Shown: one piece after another, positions 27,149 through 37,701 of the stretch | How positions within the stretch are numbered: position 1 is the stretch's first letter | Layout of the letters: every line of letters begins with the position of its first letter | Assembly (NCBI GenBank): GCA_020632075.1 | Contig: JACKGH010000002.1 | Coordinates: 11,454 to 75,453, forward strand | Direction: 5' to 3' | Source: Candidatus Nomurabacteria bacterium | Lineage (GTDB): Bacteria; Patescibacteriota; Minisyncoccia; Phycocordibacterales; UBA918 | Length of the DNA stretch: 64,000 nt | The notes under the pieces: model-generated | The model's database searches: none | The model's input: only the letters and a program-made list of their open reading frames with translations | Told to the model about the DNA's origin: nothing | Program-made: the position numbers and the translations under genes

Positions 27149-27196
27149 AGTTGAAATGTCGCCCTACTCTACCCTACTTCAGCAAAAAAACTAGCC

Positions 27197-28861
27197 CTAC
27201 TGTGGCGCGATCACATCGGTCTTGAGAATCTTGCTATGGAGTGCCCGCTTGATCTCCTCAAGCTCTGGGGACTTACTCGCAGCATAGACCAAAACGACTG
27301 CTAAGAGACCCATAATGGCTGCTGTAGCACCCTGCAGTGTAATACCGATGAAGGTTTCTTGGTTGATACCATTAACCACAAAATTGAGTGTCACATACGC
27401 AGAGATCGCCCCAGCCACTGCCGCAACTAAAGAAACCATGAACAAACGCGCTAGAGAGAGATAACTGATGTTAAACGTGCGTACCGACAAAGCCATCAGG
27501 AATACAAGCTGGACATACTGACCAACCACAAACGCGAGCGCGAGCACCAACACCTCCACACCCGCTACGTCTTCAGCACGGATCAAACCATCAAGCATCG
27601 CCCTGAACGCTGGCTCTGCTGCGTATACAGACTGAAACCACACTGCAAACAAAACTGAGACCGCCCCTGAACATACCGCGACCACCAGCGGAACCATAGT
27701 CCGACCACCAGCATAAAATGCACGTACAAGCAGTAGCAATATCGATTGTGCCAAGAGTGACACCACAAAGATCGCAAGTATCGCTGCGGTGAGCTGCGTG
27801 TCACCCCAGTCAAACGCACCACTACCAAGAAGCACACGAACGATCTGTGCTCGAAGCACAATCACGAGCGCAATGATCGGGACTGACCAAAAGATGATAT
27901 GTCGCAGCGCAGTTAACAACTGGGCATTGAAACCAAGCTGGTCTTGCTTGGCGTGCAGTAGCGAAAGGGTCGGGAACGCGGCCACTGAGTAACTCATCCC
28001 AATGATTGCTAGCGGAACCGACTGCAGATTAAAGGCGAACTGAAACACAGACACTGAACCAGCCGCCATGACTGATGCGATACCAACCAGTACAAGCAAT
28101 ACGATCTGATTGATCGATAAGGTCAATGCGCGTGGGAGCGAGACCACCAAAACCTGCCCGATAAGCCGCCAATCGATCGTAGGTAAAAATCGAAAAGCAT
28201 ACTCGCTAGTCGTAACCAACGGCACCTGAATAAGCACATGACCAAAGGCACCAACCACCACACCGAGCGCAAGTCCGCTGAGTCCGAAGTAGGGGTACAA
28301 AAAGACGATACCGAGAATAATACCAATGTTGTACAACAGTGGGCTGATGGCGTAGAGAACGAAGCGATGATTCAGCTGTGTCACCACGCCGCACAGACTT
28401 GATAGACCAAGCAACAAAGGTTGTAAAAGCAAAATACGCAACAACAGCGTGAGAGTTTCGTGTTCTCCGGCAAACCCAGGGAACAGATATGGAACATACA
28501 CTGGCGCACCAATAGCTAAAGCTCCTGCCACTATGACATAGACATACAAGAATAAGGTGAAGATCTGAGACAGCACCTGTGCCCCTGCAGCAGGAGTATC
28601 TGATTCTTTGTGTCTGTTTACAAACGGAAGTAAGACATAGACCGAAAGAACCGACGCAAAGAGTACGAAAAGTAGGTCTGGAATACGAAAGGCAGCGTAA
28701 TAGAGGTCAAGCTCTACTCCCGCGCCAAAGGTGTGTGCCAACAACCGATCACGAACGATTGCCAAGATCTGCGAACCAAACGCAAATAGCGCTAATATAT
28801 ATGCGGCTTGATGTAAACCGCGCACTTCTTGGTACACAAAATCAAAGACGCGACGAACCAT
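27197..28861 (-). CDS. murJ: Lipid II flippase MurJ (MviN family)
   Basis: 14-helix membrane protein starting ILAIVRDRLLAHTFGAGVELDLYYAAFRIPDLL. Confidence 0.85.
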   Translation of the reverse strand: MVRRVFDFVYQEVRGLHQAAYILALFAFGSQILAIVRDRLLAHTFGAGVELDLYYAAFRIPDLLFVLFASVLSVYVLLPFVNRHKESDTPAAGAQVLSQIFTLFLYVYVIVAGALAIGAPVYVPYLFPGFAGEHETLTLLLRILLLQPLLLGLSSLCGVVTQLNHRFVLYAISPLLYNIGIILGIVFLYPYFGLSGLALGVVVGAFGHVLIQVPLVTTSEYAFRFLPTIDWRLIGQVLVVSLPRALTLSINQIVLLVLVGIASVMAAGSVSVFQFAFNLQSVPLAIIGMSYSVAAFPTLSLLHAKQDQLGFNAQLLTALRHIIFWSVPIIALVIVLRAQIVRVLLGSGAFDWGDTQLTAAILAIFVVSLLAQSILLLLVRAFYAGGRTMVPLVVAVCSGAVSVLFAVWFQSVYAAEPAFRAMLDGLIRAEDVAGVEVLVLALAFVVGQYVQLVFLMALSVRTFNISYLSLARLFMVSLVAAVAGAISAYVTLNFVVNGINQETFIGITLQGATAAIMGLLAVVLVYAASKSPELEEIKRALHSKILKTDVIAPQ

Positions 28862-28870
28862 ACGGCAATA

Positions 28871-31447
28871 CTACTCTGTTTCAACTGTTTCAGGTAGTGG
28901 CTCGACAGCTGATTCAGCAGCATCTACTGTTTCATCCACCACCGGCTCACCTTCAGCACCTTCGCTATTTGTAATGGTATTTACCGGTGTCACCAGATCT
29001 GTCTCGACATCACTGTTAGTGATCACCGCATCTTCAAACCCTTCAGTTGGTGCATTTTCACTAACTGGCGCTTCGATGCTTGGAACCTCAGGAATCTGAT
29101 ACTCTCCAGACTCAACTTGTTCGATCAAAAGCTGTAACTGCTGATTCTCCTGGTTGGTCTGCTGCACTAAACGCAACTGTTCAAGTGCGACCGCCTGTTC
29201 ATTTTTGTTCAAGAGTGCCAAAGCCATCAGGTACCGAGCATTCGCATACTGCGGATCACGTCGAAGGGCTTCATTGTACGCGACGATCGCCTCATCAACT
29301 TGATCATTTGCTGAAAGCAAAACACCGAGTTGGAAGTACCGCGTTGGATTGTTTGGTTCCAGCCGGATGATAGTGCGAGTAGTAGCGATCGCAGAATCAG
29401 CCTTACCTTCTGCTATATCAAGCTGCGCAGAAAGATACAGAGCTTCAGTGAAGTTACGCTTCAATTCCAGTGCTGCAGCGATTTCAGTACGCGCAGTGGC
29501 CACATCACCAGTTCGAGCAGCGATCTGTGCAGCGATCAGATGATAGCCCGGATTGAGCGGGTCAAGCCGCTCAGCTTCAGCGAGTGCTGCTTCTGATCGT
29601 GCTGCCGCACCGTCAATACCCGCCAAGGCCAAATTGCTATACACCCCAGCTAGAAGCGCATGATGATCTGGATCTGAGAGATCTGCTGACACTGCTTGCT
29701 CGGCATGCAAGAGCGCCTGCTCAGCCACCTCAAGGAACTGTTGCTGTTGCTCTTCAGAAGGCTGCTCGACAGCTAAGAGTGAACTGAGATTTGCCATCTG
29801 GACCTGTGCTCGAGCGCTCTGGAAACGAGGATCGTCATACAACGTAAAGGCAGCAAGCGCAGCCTGATCAAACACCGCCACTGATTCGGACTGCACGCGC
29901 GCCTTGGTAAAGTTTGCTTGTGCGACATACTGCTTACCTACTGAGAAAAGCGAACCGATCGATACAGTGATAATAAGGATGATCGCTGCCATCAAAAAGA
30001 ATCCTCGTCGGCGATTGGCTGCGAGCGGCACCGTCTTCACCATCATTGGAAGCAGTGCACCTGCAGCAACGTACGTGAAACCAGTAAAGAGCGCAGCGAG
30101 CAACAAGATCGCAGAACCAGGCACATAGATGTACGACATCAACCACAAGAAACATGCAGCGGTAAATGAGAAAACACCGAAGTAGTACCAGTACGGATCA
30201 TGCTGTGTGGTGCGGAGCAGCATTCGGTATCCGGTATACAGAAACACTAGATGGAACAAAACGAGCAGTGTCATTCCTACCACGCCAGTATTGATGAATA
30301 GCGTCGGAATGAAACCGCTGCCAGCATTGAAGTCCGTGTCCCAAAAGATAGTTTCGTTGATCGCTGGGTCCTTATGCTGTCGCCATGCATCAGCAAAACG
30401 ATTAGGACCAACTCCCATAAAGAGATTGTCACTATAGACTGCTCGCGCAATGCCAATAGTCGCCTCAGCTGACGGGCGAACTTCGACATAGTTGACACTG
30501 GTCATCTGTCCGATCTTGTTGCCAACGTAGTCACCAGCCACGATAAATACTGCACTCACAATACAAACGATCGCTGTCGTTGCGAGCAGAATACGAGAAC
30601 TCTGAACCGCAGTCTTTGCGCCATTGAACAGCGTGTCCCGTGATAGCAAAAAGACAAAAAGCAACAAGCTGAAGAATCCAACAATGATCCAGATGTTAAA
30701 GAAGTTGATCACTCCCAGAAGGAACAGTGCCAAAACGATCATGCCAGCTACGATAGATTGTAACCATGTCTTAAGCGGTAACTGCATGAGTGTCACTAAA
30801 CCAAGCAAGATCACTAATGAAGCAAATATTGCAAGATCATTAAAACTACCTATCGGAGAAACCGTCACGGCCCCAAAGCTGTCGAAGCCTAAGAACGCTG
30901 GACCAAAAATGATACGCAGCACATTGTACAGCAACACAACGATCGCCGTGAGCCCGAAAAAGGCAAGCGCCTTCATGCTCATGACCTTTGCGTTTTGGAG
31001 TGAGAGTGAAATTGTCATTGTGAGCGCCAAGATCGCCAGGAAACCAACCGTCTGCGGATCGAAGACACTGCCACGCATCGCATCTTGGATGTCACCTGAA
31101 TGTAAGCCGGATACCATCGCAGCCATAACTAACACCCAAAAGATGCCGAGAGAGATTGGTAAGACCGTAGCAACCTTAGCCCGTCGCAGTGCAAGTAAAC
31201 TAAGCGAGATGACCGAAACGATCGCTAAACCAAACGCTAGTATGGTCTTATCGAAACCAAGCGAAGCCCAGAGATGCGGCGTGAAAAACACCGCAATACT
31301 GCCAGCCAATAAGATCACAGCGTACTGTGCGACACGCAGCATCGTGCCACCAGCATCATTTGCTCCTGTTGATTCAACTTCTAGCACCTGTTCTTGCTTG
31401 GGTGGCGCACTCTGATTCATCTTAGGAATAAAGACATTTTCCGACAT
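28871..31447 (-). CDS. O-antigen ligase-like (Wzy_C) polytopic membrane protein with C-terminal TPR repeats
   Basis: About 12 transmembrane helices in the N-terminal 560 aa. The C-terminus carries TPR-like repeats (YHLIAAQIAARTGDVATARTEIAAALEL..., AIVAYNEALRRDPQYANARYLMALALL). Family placement is by architecture only. Confidence 0.55.
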   Translation of the reverse strand: MSENVFIPKMNQSAPPKQEQVLEVESTGANDAGGTMLRVAQYAVILLAGSIAVFFTPHLWASLGFDKTILAFGLAIVSVISLSLLALRRAKVATVLPISLGIFWVLVMAAMVSGLHSGDIQDAMRGSVFDPQTVGFLAILALTMTISLSLQNAKVMSMKALAFFGLTAIVVLLYNVLRIIFGPAFLGFDSFGAVTVSPIGSFNDLAIFASLVILLGLVTLMQLPLKTWLQSIVAGMIVLALFLLGVINFFNIWIIVGFFSLLLFVFLLSRDTLFNGAKTAVQSSRILLATTAIVCIVSAVFIVAGDYVGNKIGQMTSVNYVEVRPSAEATIGIARAVYSDNLFMGVGPNRFADAWRQHKDPAINETIFWDTDFNAGSGFIPTLFINTGVVGMTLLVLFHLVFLYTGYRMLLRTTQHDPYWYYFGVFSFTAACFLWLMSYIYVPGSAILLLAALFTGFTYVAAGALLPMMVKTVPLAANRRRGFFLMAAIILIITVSIGSLFSVGKQYVAQANFTKARVQSESVAVFDQAALAAFTLYDDPRFQSARAQVQMANLSSLLAVEQPSEEQQQQFLEVAEQALLHAEQAVSADLSDPDHHALLAGVYSNLALAGIDGAAARSEAALAEAERLDPLNPGYHLIAAQIAARTGDVATARTEIAAALELKRNFTEALYLSAQLDIAEGKADSAIATTRTIIRLEPNNPTRYFQLGVLLSANDQVDEAIVAYNEALRRDPQYANARYLMALALLNKNEQAVALEQLRLVQQTNQENQQLQLLIEQVESGEYQIPEVPSIEAPVSENAPTEGFEDAVITNSDVETDLVTPVNTITNSEGAEGEPVVDETVDAAESAVEPLPETVETE

Positions 31448-31488
31448 ATATAAAAACTATCCCACTTGGTAAGTACCCTTGATTCTAA

Positions 31489-31522
31489 CACACCAAAAAA
31501 ACCCCCGAAGGGGTGTTTTTGT
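31489..31522. terminator. Bidirectional terminator
   Basis: aaaaaaACCCCcgaaGGGGTgtttttgt. Confidence 0.65.
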
Positions 31523-31915
31523 ACACATAAGCCGGATTCTGTCGAGCGAAGCTCGGATGATCATTTACCTAGGATGCTTGTTACCAAACACCTCTTGCGA
31601 CTCTCCTAGCACCACTTTTGCAACCACTGTATTGTAGACGCAAAAGTGGTGCTAGGCACGGTCTTGCACGCGAGTAAGGATTTAGCCGTTTCACTCACCT
31701 GGTCTCCCAAGTGACTATCCCCGAGGGGATCCCGTTCCTTTCAGTCAGGGCGTCTCTGCTCGCACCTCTCGGTCGGATCGCGGGCAAAATGAAGGACTCG
31801 TCCTTCATTTTGCCCGCGATCCGCCGCGACGGGTGTTACCCGCTACTCTGCTCCACAACGAGCTGTGGGCGTGTCCGGACTTTCCTCCTCACAAAGTGAG
31901 GCGATCATCGTGCGG
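31520..31915 (-). ncRNA. rnpB: RNase P RNA, bacterial type A
   Basis: The minus strand reads GAGGAGGAAAGTCCGGAC (P4 5' strand) ... GTGAAACGGC ... ACAGAATCCGGCTTATG (P4 3' strand). A short P3 hairpin CCTCACtttgTGAGG, and P2 as GATGATCG/TGATCATC. The ends are approximate. Confidence 0.75.
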
Positions 31916-31949
31916 AAATATTATGCAATAATACTTAAAAATAAGCAAC

Positions 31950-32537
31950 CTACTGTGCTGTCGGCAACACTACCTCATCACCAACAGAAATGGTGTTACT
32001 TGCAACAAAGCCTGCATTTGCCTCAATGACATACCATGACGGGACTGGGGATCTGAAGTTCTGTGAAGCCATTGGGTTTTCGCGAGAGTAGGTGCTCGGC
32101 TGCACATCCTCTTCAATATGCACGATCTCTCCTTCTCTAGTGACCCACATAATATCCAGTGGATAGTTCATATCCTTCATCCAGATCGAATGATCACCTT
32201 CTACTCCAAATACAAACAGTTTCACCACGTGATCAGGTAAAAATGGTGTATCAGAAAGACCTTTGATGCGCGTTGAAAGCGTGTCTGCTACCGACGCTTC
32301 AACTGCCACACCGCCAATGGTGATCGGATACGTGACCGGGTAGATCGCTCGCCAATCCTCTGGCTTGATCTCCCACTCACGATCAGCCGGTAATTCATAA
32401 TCACCCCTAGCGACTGCCGCACGCATTTCTTCTTGTTCGGTCTCAACTGAATGCTGCACTGCAAAATAAAACCAGGCTCCACCGCCAGCTAGAATAAGAA
32501 AAAGTAAAACGAGAACAATCCTTTCTGCATACTTCAT
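31950..32537 (-). CDS. DUF192 (COG1430) family protein
   Basis: Signal anchor, then HSIWMKDMNYPLDIMWVTREGEIVHI...WYVIEANAGFV...VGDEVVL fits the DUF192 pattern. Confidence 0.7.
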   Translation of the reverse strand: MKYAERIVLVLLFLILAGGGAWFYFAVQHSVETEQEEMRAAVARGDYELPADREWEIKPEDWRAIYPVTYPITIGGVAVEASVADTLSTRIKGLSDTPFLPDHVVKLFVFGVEGDHSIWMKDMNYPLDIMWVTREGEIVHIEEDVQPSTYSRENPMASQNFRSPVPSWYVIEANAGFVASNTISVGDEVVLPTAQ

Positions 32538-32558
32538 AGACGTAGGCAGTATACCACC

Positions 32559-33842
32559 TTACACGAGAAAGAGTGTAGCGAACCCAAGTAGCAACAAGAG
32601 ACTGGTCACATCAGTGACTGTTGATATGAAAATAGTAGAGGTCGCTGCTGGATCTTTGCCTATATGCTTCATCACAAGCGGCACACTCGAACCAGCGATC
32701 GCCGCAACGACATGTGCACAAATGAGCGCAGCACCCGCCACGAGACCAAGTTGTGGGTCACCCTTCCACACGGTCGAGATAAGCGCCACGATCGCACCAA
32801 TAAGAATACCGTTGAGGAGACCAGCCCACAATTCTCTCCAAATGGCCGGCATGGCATTTTGCAAAGAAATCGTACCGAGTGTGATCCCACGCACCATGAT
32901 CGCAAACGACTGTGTCGAGGCATTACCAGCCATGCCGGCCACGATCGGAATATACACCGACAAAATGGTAAGGGTATCGAGTGTACTTTGAAACACCAAC
33001 ACCACTGAGCCAGCCAAAAAACAAGTTGCTAAGTTTAAGATAAGCCAACGATATCGGTTGTGCACTTTATGCCACACACCATCAAATGGTCGCTCACTGT
33101 TGTCGACACCGGCAAAGTCATAGAGTGATTCTGCCGGGAGATTTCCAAAGAGCTGACGCGCTGCGTCAGCGTAGATGATACCAAGTACGCTCGTATCACG
33201 ATCAAGCACTACCACCTTCTTGCTGTCGGTTGTCACCAGAGTTTCGATCACTTGGTTTATATCTGATTGATACGTGATCGTTTGTACAGGTAATGCTAAC
33301 TTCCTGAGTAATGTTGAGTTACGCTCACGCACGACTGAAGAGAGTGGCACCTCTCCGAGCAATGTGCCATTATCATGCACCAAGACTTCTGGATATCGCG
33401 CTGTTTCATCGTAATGGTCTCCTATGATCTCTGCTGCTTTCCCGACGGTAAGCGAGCCATCTAGAAAGAGATAGTTGAAATTAATGAGCGACAGTGTCGC
33501 CTTTGGATGGAAGCGCAGGAAGTACTCCATCTTCTCTTTAATATCACCCTTGAGACGCTCGACGATCTTCTCTCGCCGTTTTGCGTTCGGGATCCGAGTC
33601 AACATACGCTCCGCGAGCTGCATATCCATCTGATCGAGCAAGTCTACCACTTCGTAGTTGCGCAACTGCTTTAAGATTGACTGCTGTACGTATGGTGAAA
33701 GTTTTTCAAACGCGGCGGCTCGCTCTGGCACGGTCAATTGCCGCAAAGTTTTCATGCGTTCACTTGGACGATAGGTCAGCGCGTGCACATAGTCAGTCTC
33801 CTTCTTTGCCATGTGACACCAGTATAGCAAGCGCTCTTGCAA
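32559..33842 (-). CDS. mgtE: Magnesium transporter MgtE
   Basis: N-domain, CBS pair, and a 5-helix transmembrane domain with AGMAGNASTQS. Confidence 0.9.
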   Translation of the reverse strand: MQERLLYWCHMAKKETDYVHALTYRPSERMKTLRQLTVPERAAAFEKLSPYVQQSILKQLRNYEVVDLLDQMDMQLAERMLTRIPNAKRREKIVERLKGDIKEKMEYFLRFHPKATLSLINFNYLFLDGSLTVGKAAEIIGDHYDETARYPEVLVHDNGTLLGEVPLSSVVRERNSTLLRKLALPVQTITYQSDINQVIETLVTTDSKKVVVLDRDTSVLGIIYADAARQLFGNLPAESLYDFAGVDNSERPFDGVWHKVHNRYRWLILNLATCFLAGSVVLVFQSTLDTLTILSVYIPIVAGMAGNASTQSFAIMVRGITLGTISLQNAMPAIWRELWAGLLNGILIGAIVALISTVWKGDPQLGLVAGAALICAHVVAAIAGSSVPLVMKHIGKDPAATSTIFISTVTDVTSLLLLLGFATLFLV

Positions 33843-33867
33843 GAACTGCTGAGTTGTACCATGGTAA

Positions 33868-33906
33868 AAAGCGGCGGCTCCCTTCGGGAGCCGCCGCTTT
33901 TTACTT
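33868..33906. terminator. Bidirectional terminator, identical to the one at 39764
   Basis: aaaaaGCGGCGGCTCCCttcgGGGAGCCGCCGCttttt. Confidence 0.7.
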
Positions 33907-33919
33907 CTCTAGTCCAAAA

Positions 33920-34705
33920 CTACGCTTCTTCGTTGATCTCGATCTCAGCATTCTCTCGCAGTTCAGACACAAATGCCTCAATTACAGACTGCTCTTTCGT
34001 AGCTTGCAACTGCGCCTCGATCTGTGGCTGTACTTCCTCGAGTGCCGGAAGACCAGCTTCTTCTCCTCCAGCATTCACATACACCTCATTCACCTCTTCA
34101 GGAGTAACAACGATCTCTTGTTCAGACAAGATCGAGTCAAGCAATGCCTGGATGGTCAATTCGTCTTTGATATCACTCTGCAGACGATCAGGATCGATCC
34201 CAAGTTCCTCCATTCGCTCTTCGAGCACTTCAGTACCACCAAGCTCTTCAGTGATCGTATTTAGTCGCTCAGTCACTTCTTCATCAGAGATACTGATCCC
34301 CTGCTCCTCTGCCGCCTGTTTCAAGAGTTCGGTATTGACCAACACATCAAGTGCCTGACCACGGATCTCTGACTGTGCTTCTTCGCTTGAAGTGTCTACA
34401 CCCTGTGCTGTCGCAGCCTGACTGAACTGACGAACACTCAGCTCAAGATCTGAATTTATGATCTCTTCTCCGTTTACAGTCGCAACAACCGAGTTGGCTT
34501 GCTGGCTTTCAATAATACTTGCAAAGATATTGGTTGAAGAACGACCCTCTTTCTCAAGCTTGTAGAGTACACCTAAGATGATCACTGCCACGATCAAAAT
34601 CGCTGCAATGATACCGACCGGACTCTTTTTCTCAGTAGAAGCAGTAGTGGCTACGGCCTCCCCGGTAGTCTCGGCTGTAGTTTGCGTTGTTTCGTTTTCA
34701 CTCAT
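33920..34705 (-). CDS. Membrane-anchored SurA N-terminal-domain-like chaperone protein with no PPIase domain visible
   Basis: Transmembrane anchor, then an acidic all-helical region (ATVNGEEIINSDLELSVRQ...LQSDIKDELTIQALL) typical of SurA_N/PpiD-like proteins. Confidence 0.5.
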   Translation of the reverse strand: MSENETTQTTAETTGEAVATTASTEKKSPVGIIAAILIVAVIILGVLYKLEKEGRSSTNIFASIIESQQANSVVATVNGEEIINSDLELSVRQFSQAATAQGVDTSSEEAQSEIRGQALDVLVNTELLKQAAEEQGISISDEEVTERLNTITEELGGTEVLEERMEELGIDPDRLQSDIKDELTIQALLDSILSEQEIVVTPEEVNEVYVNAGGEEAGLPALEEVQPQIEAQLQATKEQSVIEAFVSELRENAEIEINEEA

Positions 34706-34884
34706 AGTTACAATTCTTTATGTTAAATGTCGCAGCCACCGCAAAAGAGTGAGCAACGTACGTAGGCACAATAGTACCGCAGGATGGTTTAGTTGCAAAG
34801 GCGAAATAGCGTGCTTTTCAGACACAGATCAAGTCTTATGCTCAGTCGTTTAGGATACAACCTTCGCAATATCTTCAAAACACG

Positions 34885-35646
34885 CTATTTCGCCTTTATA
34901 TCAAGCGCCTCTTGATGCTGTGCGCTCCAGCTGGCGAGGACGATCGCGGTGGCAGCAGCAGCGTTTAGTGATTCACACTGTGGATGAATCGGGATAGAAA
35001 TAAGGTCATCACAGGTTTCTTTGGTCTTTTCTCGTAAGCCAGAACCTTCGTTGCCAAGCACAAAGACCGATGGTTTGGTGTATTTTTCAGTCACCGTCGA
35101 GACCGTACCATCACCCTCAAGACCATACACCCAGAAGCCCATCTCTTTGAGGTCATGAAGTGTGCTGTTTACATTTGAAATGGTCACCAGTGGGATGCGA
35201 AACGCCATACCAGCTGATACTTTCACGACCGTGCCGGTGACTGGTGCTTGATTGTGCGGCGGGATGAGCACCCCTTTAATACCAAAAGCTGCTGCCGAGC
35301 GGATGACTGCGCCGACATTGTGGGGATCTTGCACCTCGCCAAGCACAAGGAGCGCCGAGTCTGGAGTAGCAGTAAGGGTCTTTTTGAATTCTTTATATGG
35401 AGTAGTGAGCTTCTCAGGGAGGATGCCAGCCACAATACCTTGATGCGCCGCTTTTGACGAGACGCCCCGCGGCGGATTTTTCAGGTTGAGAATTTTGAGA
35501 TTGATGCGCAGCGAATCCACTAGGTCCAAAATTGACCCACTTGAAAAATCCGCCGCCGCGTGCACCTCCACGACCACATCCGGCCGCTTCTTGAGCACTT
35601 CGTGGACGGCATGCTTCCCGAAAATATATTCAATCTCTGCTTTCAT
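34885..35646 (-). CDS. TrmH/SpoU family RNA 2'-O-methyltransferase (RlmB-like)
   Basis: SpoU substrate-binding N-domain plus the VLGNEGSGL and IPIHPQCESLNAAAATAI motifs. Confidence 0.85.
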   Translation of the reverse strand: MKAEIEYIFGKHAVHEVLKKRPDVVVEVHAAADFSSGSILDLVDSLRINLKILNLKNPPRGVSSKAAHQGIVAGILPEKLTTPYKEFKKTLTATPDSALLVLGEVQDPHNVGAVIRSAAAFGIKGVLIPPHNQAPVTGTVVKVSAGMAFRIPLVTISNVNSTLHDLKEMGFWVYGLEGDGTVSTVTEKYTKPSVFVLGNEGSGLREKTKETCDDLISIPIHPQCESLNAAAATAIVLASWSAQHQEALDIKAK

Positions 35647-35779
35647 AATGAGCGCATCGTAGCAGAAGGTTGGACTAAAAGAAAGCTCTCCTTATAGAAT
35701 GATGTTCGAACTTGTTGTACAAAATGCGAATAAAAGAAACCCGCCGAGAAACGCGCGTTCCTTGGCGGTTGTGCTTACC

Positions 35780-36130
35780 CTAATACATAGGGATGATAAA
35801 CCTCTCATCAGGCATGCCTGCTGCACCGACGATGAGAAAATGTGTCCAATCCTTTGCGCGTTCTTCACCATAGAACTCCAAAGGAAAAGCGTCTTTGCTG
35901 ATAATCTGATAAGGAATCAGATCCACGATCTGCCCACCACTATCACTCGCGAGCTTAAGCATTTCAGGAACTTCATATGGACCCCGGGGGCCAATCTCGC
36001 CATCGGGGGCATCCCACAGAAAATCATCCCAGCTTTTGTAGCCCTCCGGCAACCAGCCAACATAACTATCCAGCACTGGATATGATTCTGGCCGGTTACC
36101 TAAACGATAGCGCTTCACGTCTTCTGCCAT
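35780..36130 (-). CDS. Hypothetical protein
   Basis: Start refined to MAEDVKRY, which has GGAGG 7 nt upstream. A terminator hairpin lies downstream at ~35740-35775. Confidence 0.5.
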   Translation of the reverse strand: MAEDVKRYRLGNRPESYPVLDSYVGWLPEGYKSWDDFLWDAPDGEIGPRGPYEVPEMLKLASDSGGQIVDLIPYQIISKDAFPLEFYGEERAKDWTHFLIVGAAGMPDERFIIPMY

Positions 36131-36228
36131 TGTACATCCTCCATTTGTCAAATGCTTATGTACCAAACAAAACAATACGTTACAAATGGCATATTGTCAA
36201 TTTTTCCACGCGCCGGCAGGATTCAGAC

Positions 36229-37662
36229 TCACGAAACATCCTTCGCCACACTTTTCACAAACTGCACCATCTCCTTCTGCACCCTCAATGCGTCTTTCTT
36301 TTTCTTCGATTCAAACATCATCTTGATCGCAAACTCCGTCACACTCGGCTTCACCATCCCCCACACCTCACCAAAGTCGACAAGGTAGCCGTCAAACTTC
36401 TTGAGCGACTTTGGTTTGAGTGACTTCAGATACTGTTCAGTCTTCGCCAGCGCCACCTCTTTGCTTTTCACCATCACAATCGTGTCTTCGGTCTGTTCGT
36501 ACTCAAGATGCGGTGCCATCATCTCACTAAAAGTCTTTCCTCCTTTCTTCGCTTCGGCGTAGGCATCAAGCACCGCCAGCAGCGTGAGCGTCACCGAGTC
36601 AGTGTAGAAATAATCCTTAAAGTAGAAATGCCCTGAGTGCTCAGCTGCAAAGAGCACGTCTCTCTTGCGCATACTTTCCTTAATAAACGCGTGTCCCACG
36701 CGCATAAGGACCGGCTTGCCACCAGCCTGCTTAACCGCTTCTTCAAAGCTCCGGCTCGTGAGACCAGTGATACCGATCTTCGCTTTTGGCTGACGCTTTA
36801 AGAATTGTTCTGCGATCAGTCCACCAATCACCGCGCTATTGATGTAGCGACCGTTTTCATCGAGAAACGCGATGCGATCAGAGTCTCCATCAAACGCCAC
36901 GCCGAAATCATATTTCTTTTTCTGCAATCGATCGCGGAGTGGCTTCTGATGATCATACAGCGTCGGGTCAGAACCGCGATTTGGGAAGCTGCCATCGAGC
37001 TTGCCGAACATCACATCAAACTTAGCTGGGAGCTTCTCCTGAAGGAGCGGCAGCAGTACACTCGCCATACCGTTACCAGCATCGGCAGCGATCTTGATCC
37101 CATCGAGTTTCTTGGCTTGATAACCCTTCAGTACAAACTTCTGATACGCTTTGAGCACATTCTTGCTCGTTACCTTGCCGCGCTTTGCAGCGTCAATGAA
37201 TTTCCCTCGCTCAATCCGCCGACGAATGGCACCGAGACCATACTTCTCGGTGAGCGGGATCGCTTGTGCATGTACGAGCTTGAGACCGTTGTACTGCTTC
37301 GGACTGTGTGAGGCGGTGATCATAACACCCGGTAAGTTCATGGTGCCAGAAGCAAAATAGAGTGCTGGTGTATGCACTTGTCCAAGGTCGATCACATCAG
37401 CTCCAGAATCGGTCGCACCTTTCACAAAAGCAGCATGAAGTGCTGGTGTCGACAAGCGCATATCTCGGGCTACGAGGACTTTCTTGTATTTAAACTCTTC
37501 CACAAACGCACGGGCCACAAAATATACCAACTCATCATCAATTTCAGTTGGATAGATCGCACGGATATCAGCATCCTTAAAGGCTCGTTTGTAGTCTGCT
37601 TGTAGTGTCATTGTCATATGCGAGTAGTATACCGTACCCAACATACTAAAAAGCAGGTCCAT
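36229..37662 (-). CDS. Phosphomannomutase/phosphoglucomutase (alpha-D-phosphohexomutase)
   Basis: Active-site ITASHSP, metal site GVAFDGDSDR, and the four-domain length. Confidence 0.9.
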   Translation of the reverse strand: MDLLFSMLGTVYYSHMTMTLQADYKRAFKDADIRAIYPTEIDDELVYFVARAFVEEFKYKKVLVARDMRLSTPALHAAFVKGATDSGADVIDLGQVHTPALYFASGTMNLPGVMITASHSPKQYNGLKLVHAQAIPLTEKYGLGAIRRRIERGKFIDAAKRGKVTSKNVLKAYQKFVLKGYQAKKLDGIKIAADAGNGMASVLLPLLQEKLPAKFDVMFGKLDGSFPNRGSDPTLYDHQKPLRDRLQKKKYDFGVAFDGDSDRIAFLDENGRYINSAVIGGLIAEQFLKRQPKAKIGITGLTSRSFEEAVKQAGGKPVLMRVGHAFIKESMRKRDVLFAAEHSGHFYFKDYFYTDSVTLTLLAVLDAYAEAKKGGKTFSEMMAPHLEYEQTEDTIVMVKSKEVALAKTEQYLKSLKPKSLKKFDGYLVDFGEVWGMVKPSVTEFAIKMMFESKKKKDALRVQKEMVQFVKSVAKDVS

Positions 37663-37701
37663 TTCTGGACCTGCCCATTTGGTGTTGCCTTACATATCCG
37701 C

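Noticed and set aside
31711-31899. 62-aa plus-strand ORF
   Set aside because: It lies wholly inside the RNase P RNA gene on the opposite strand.
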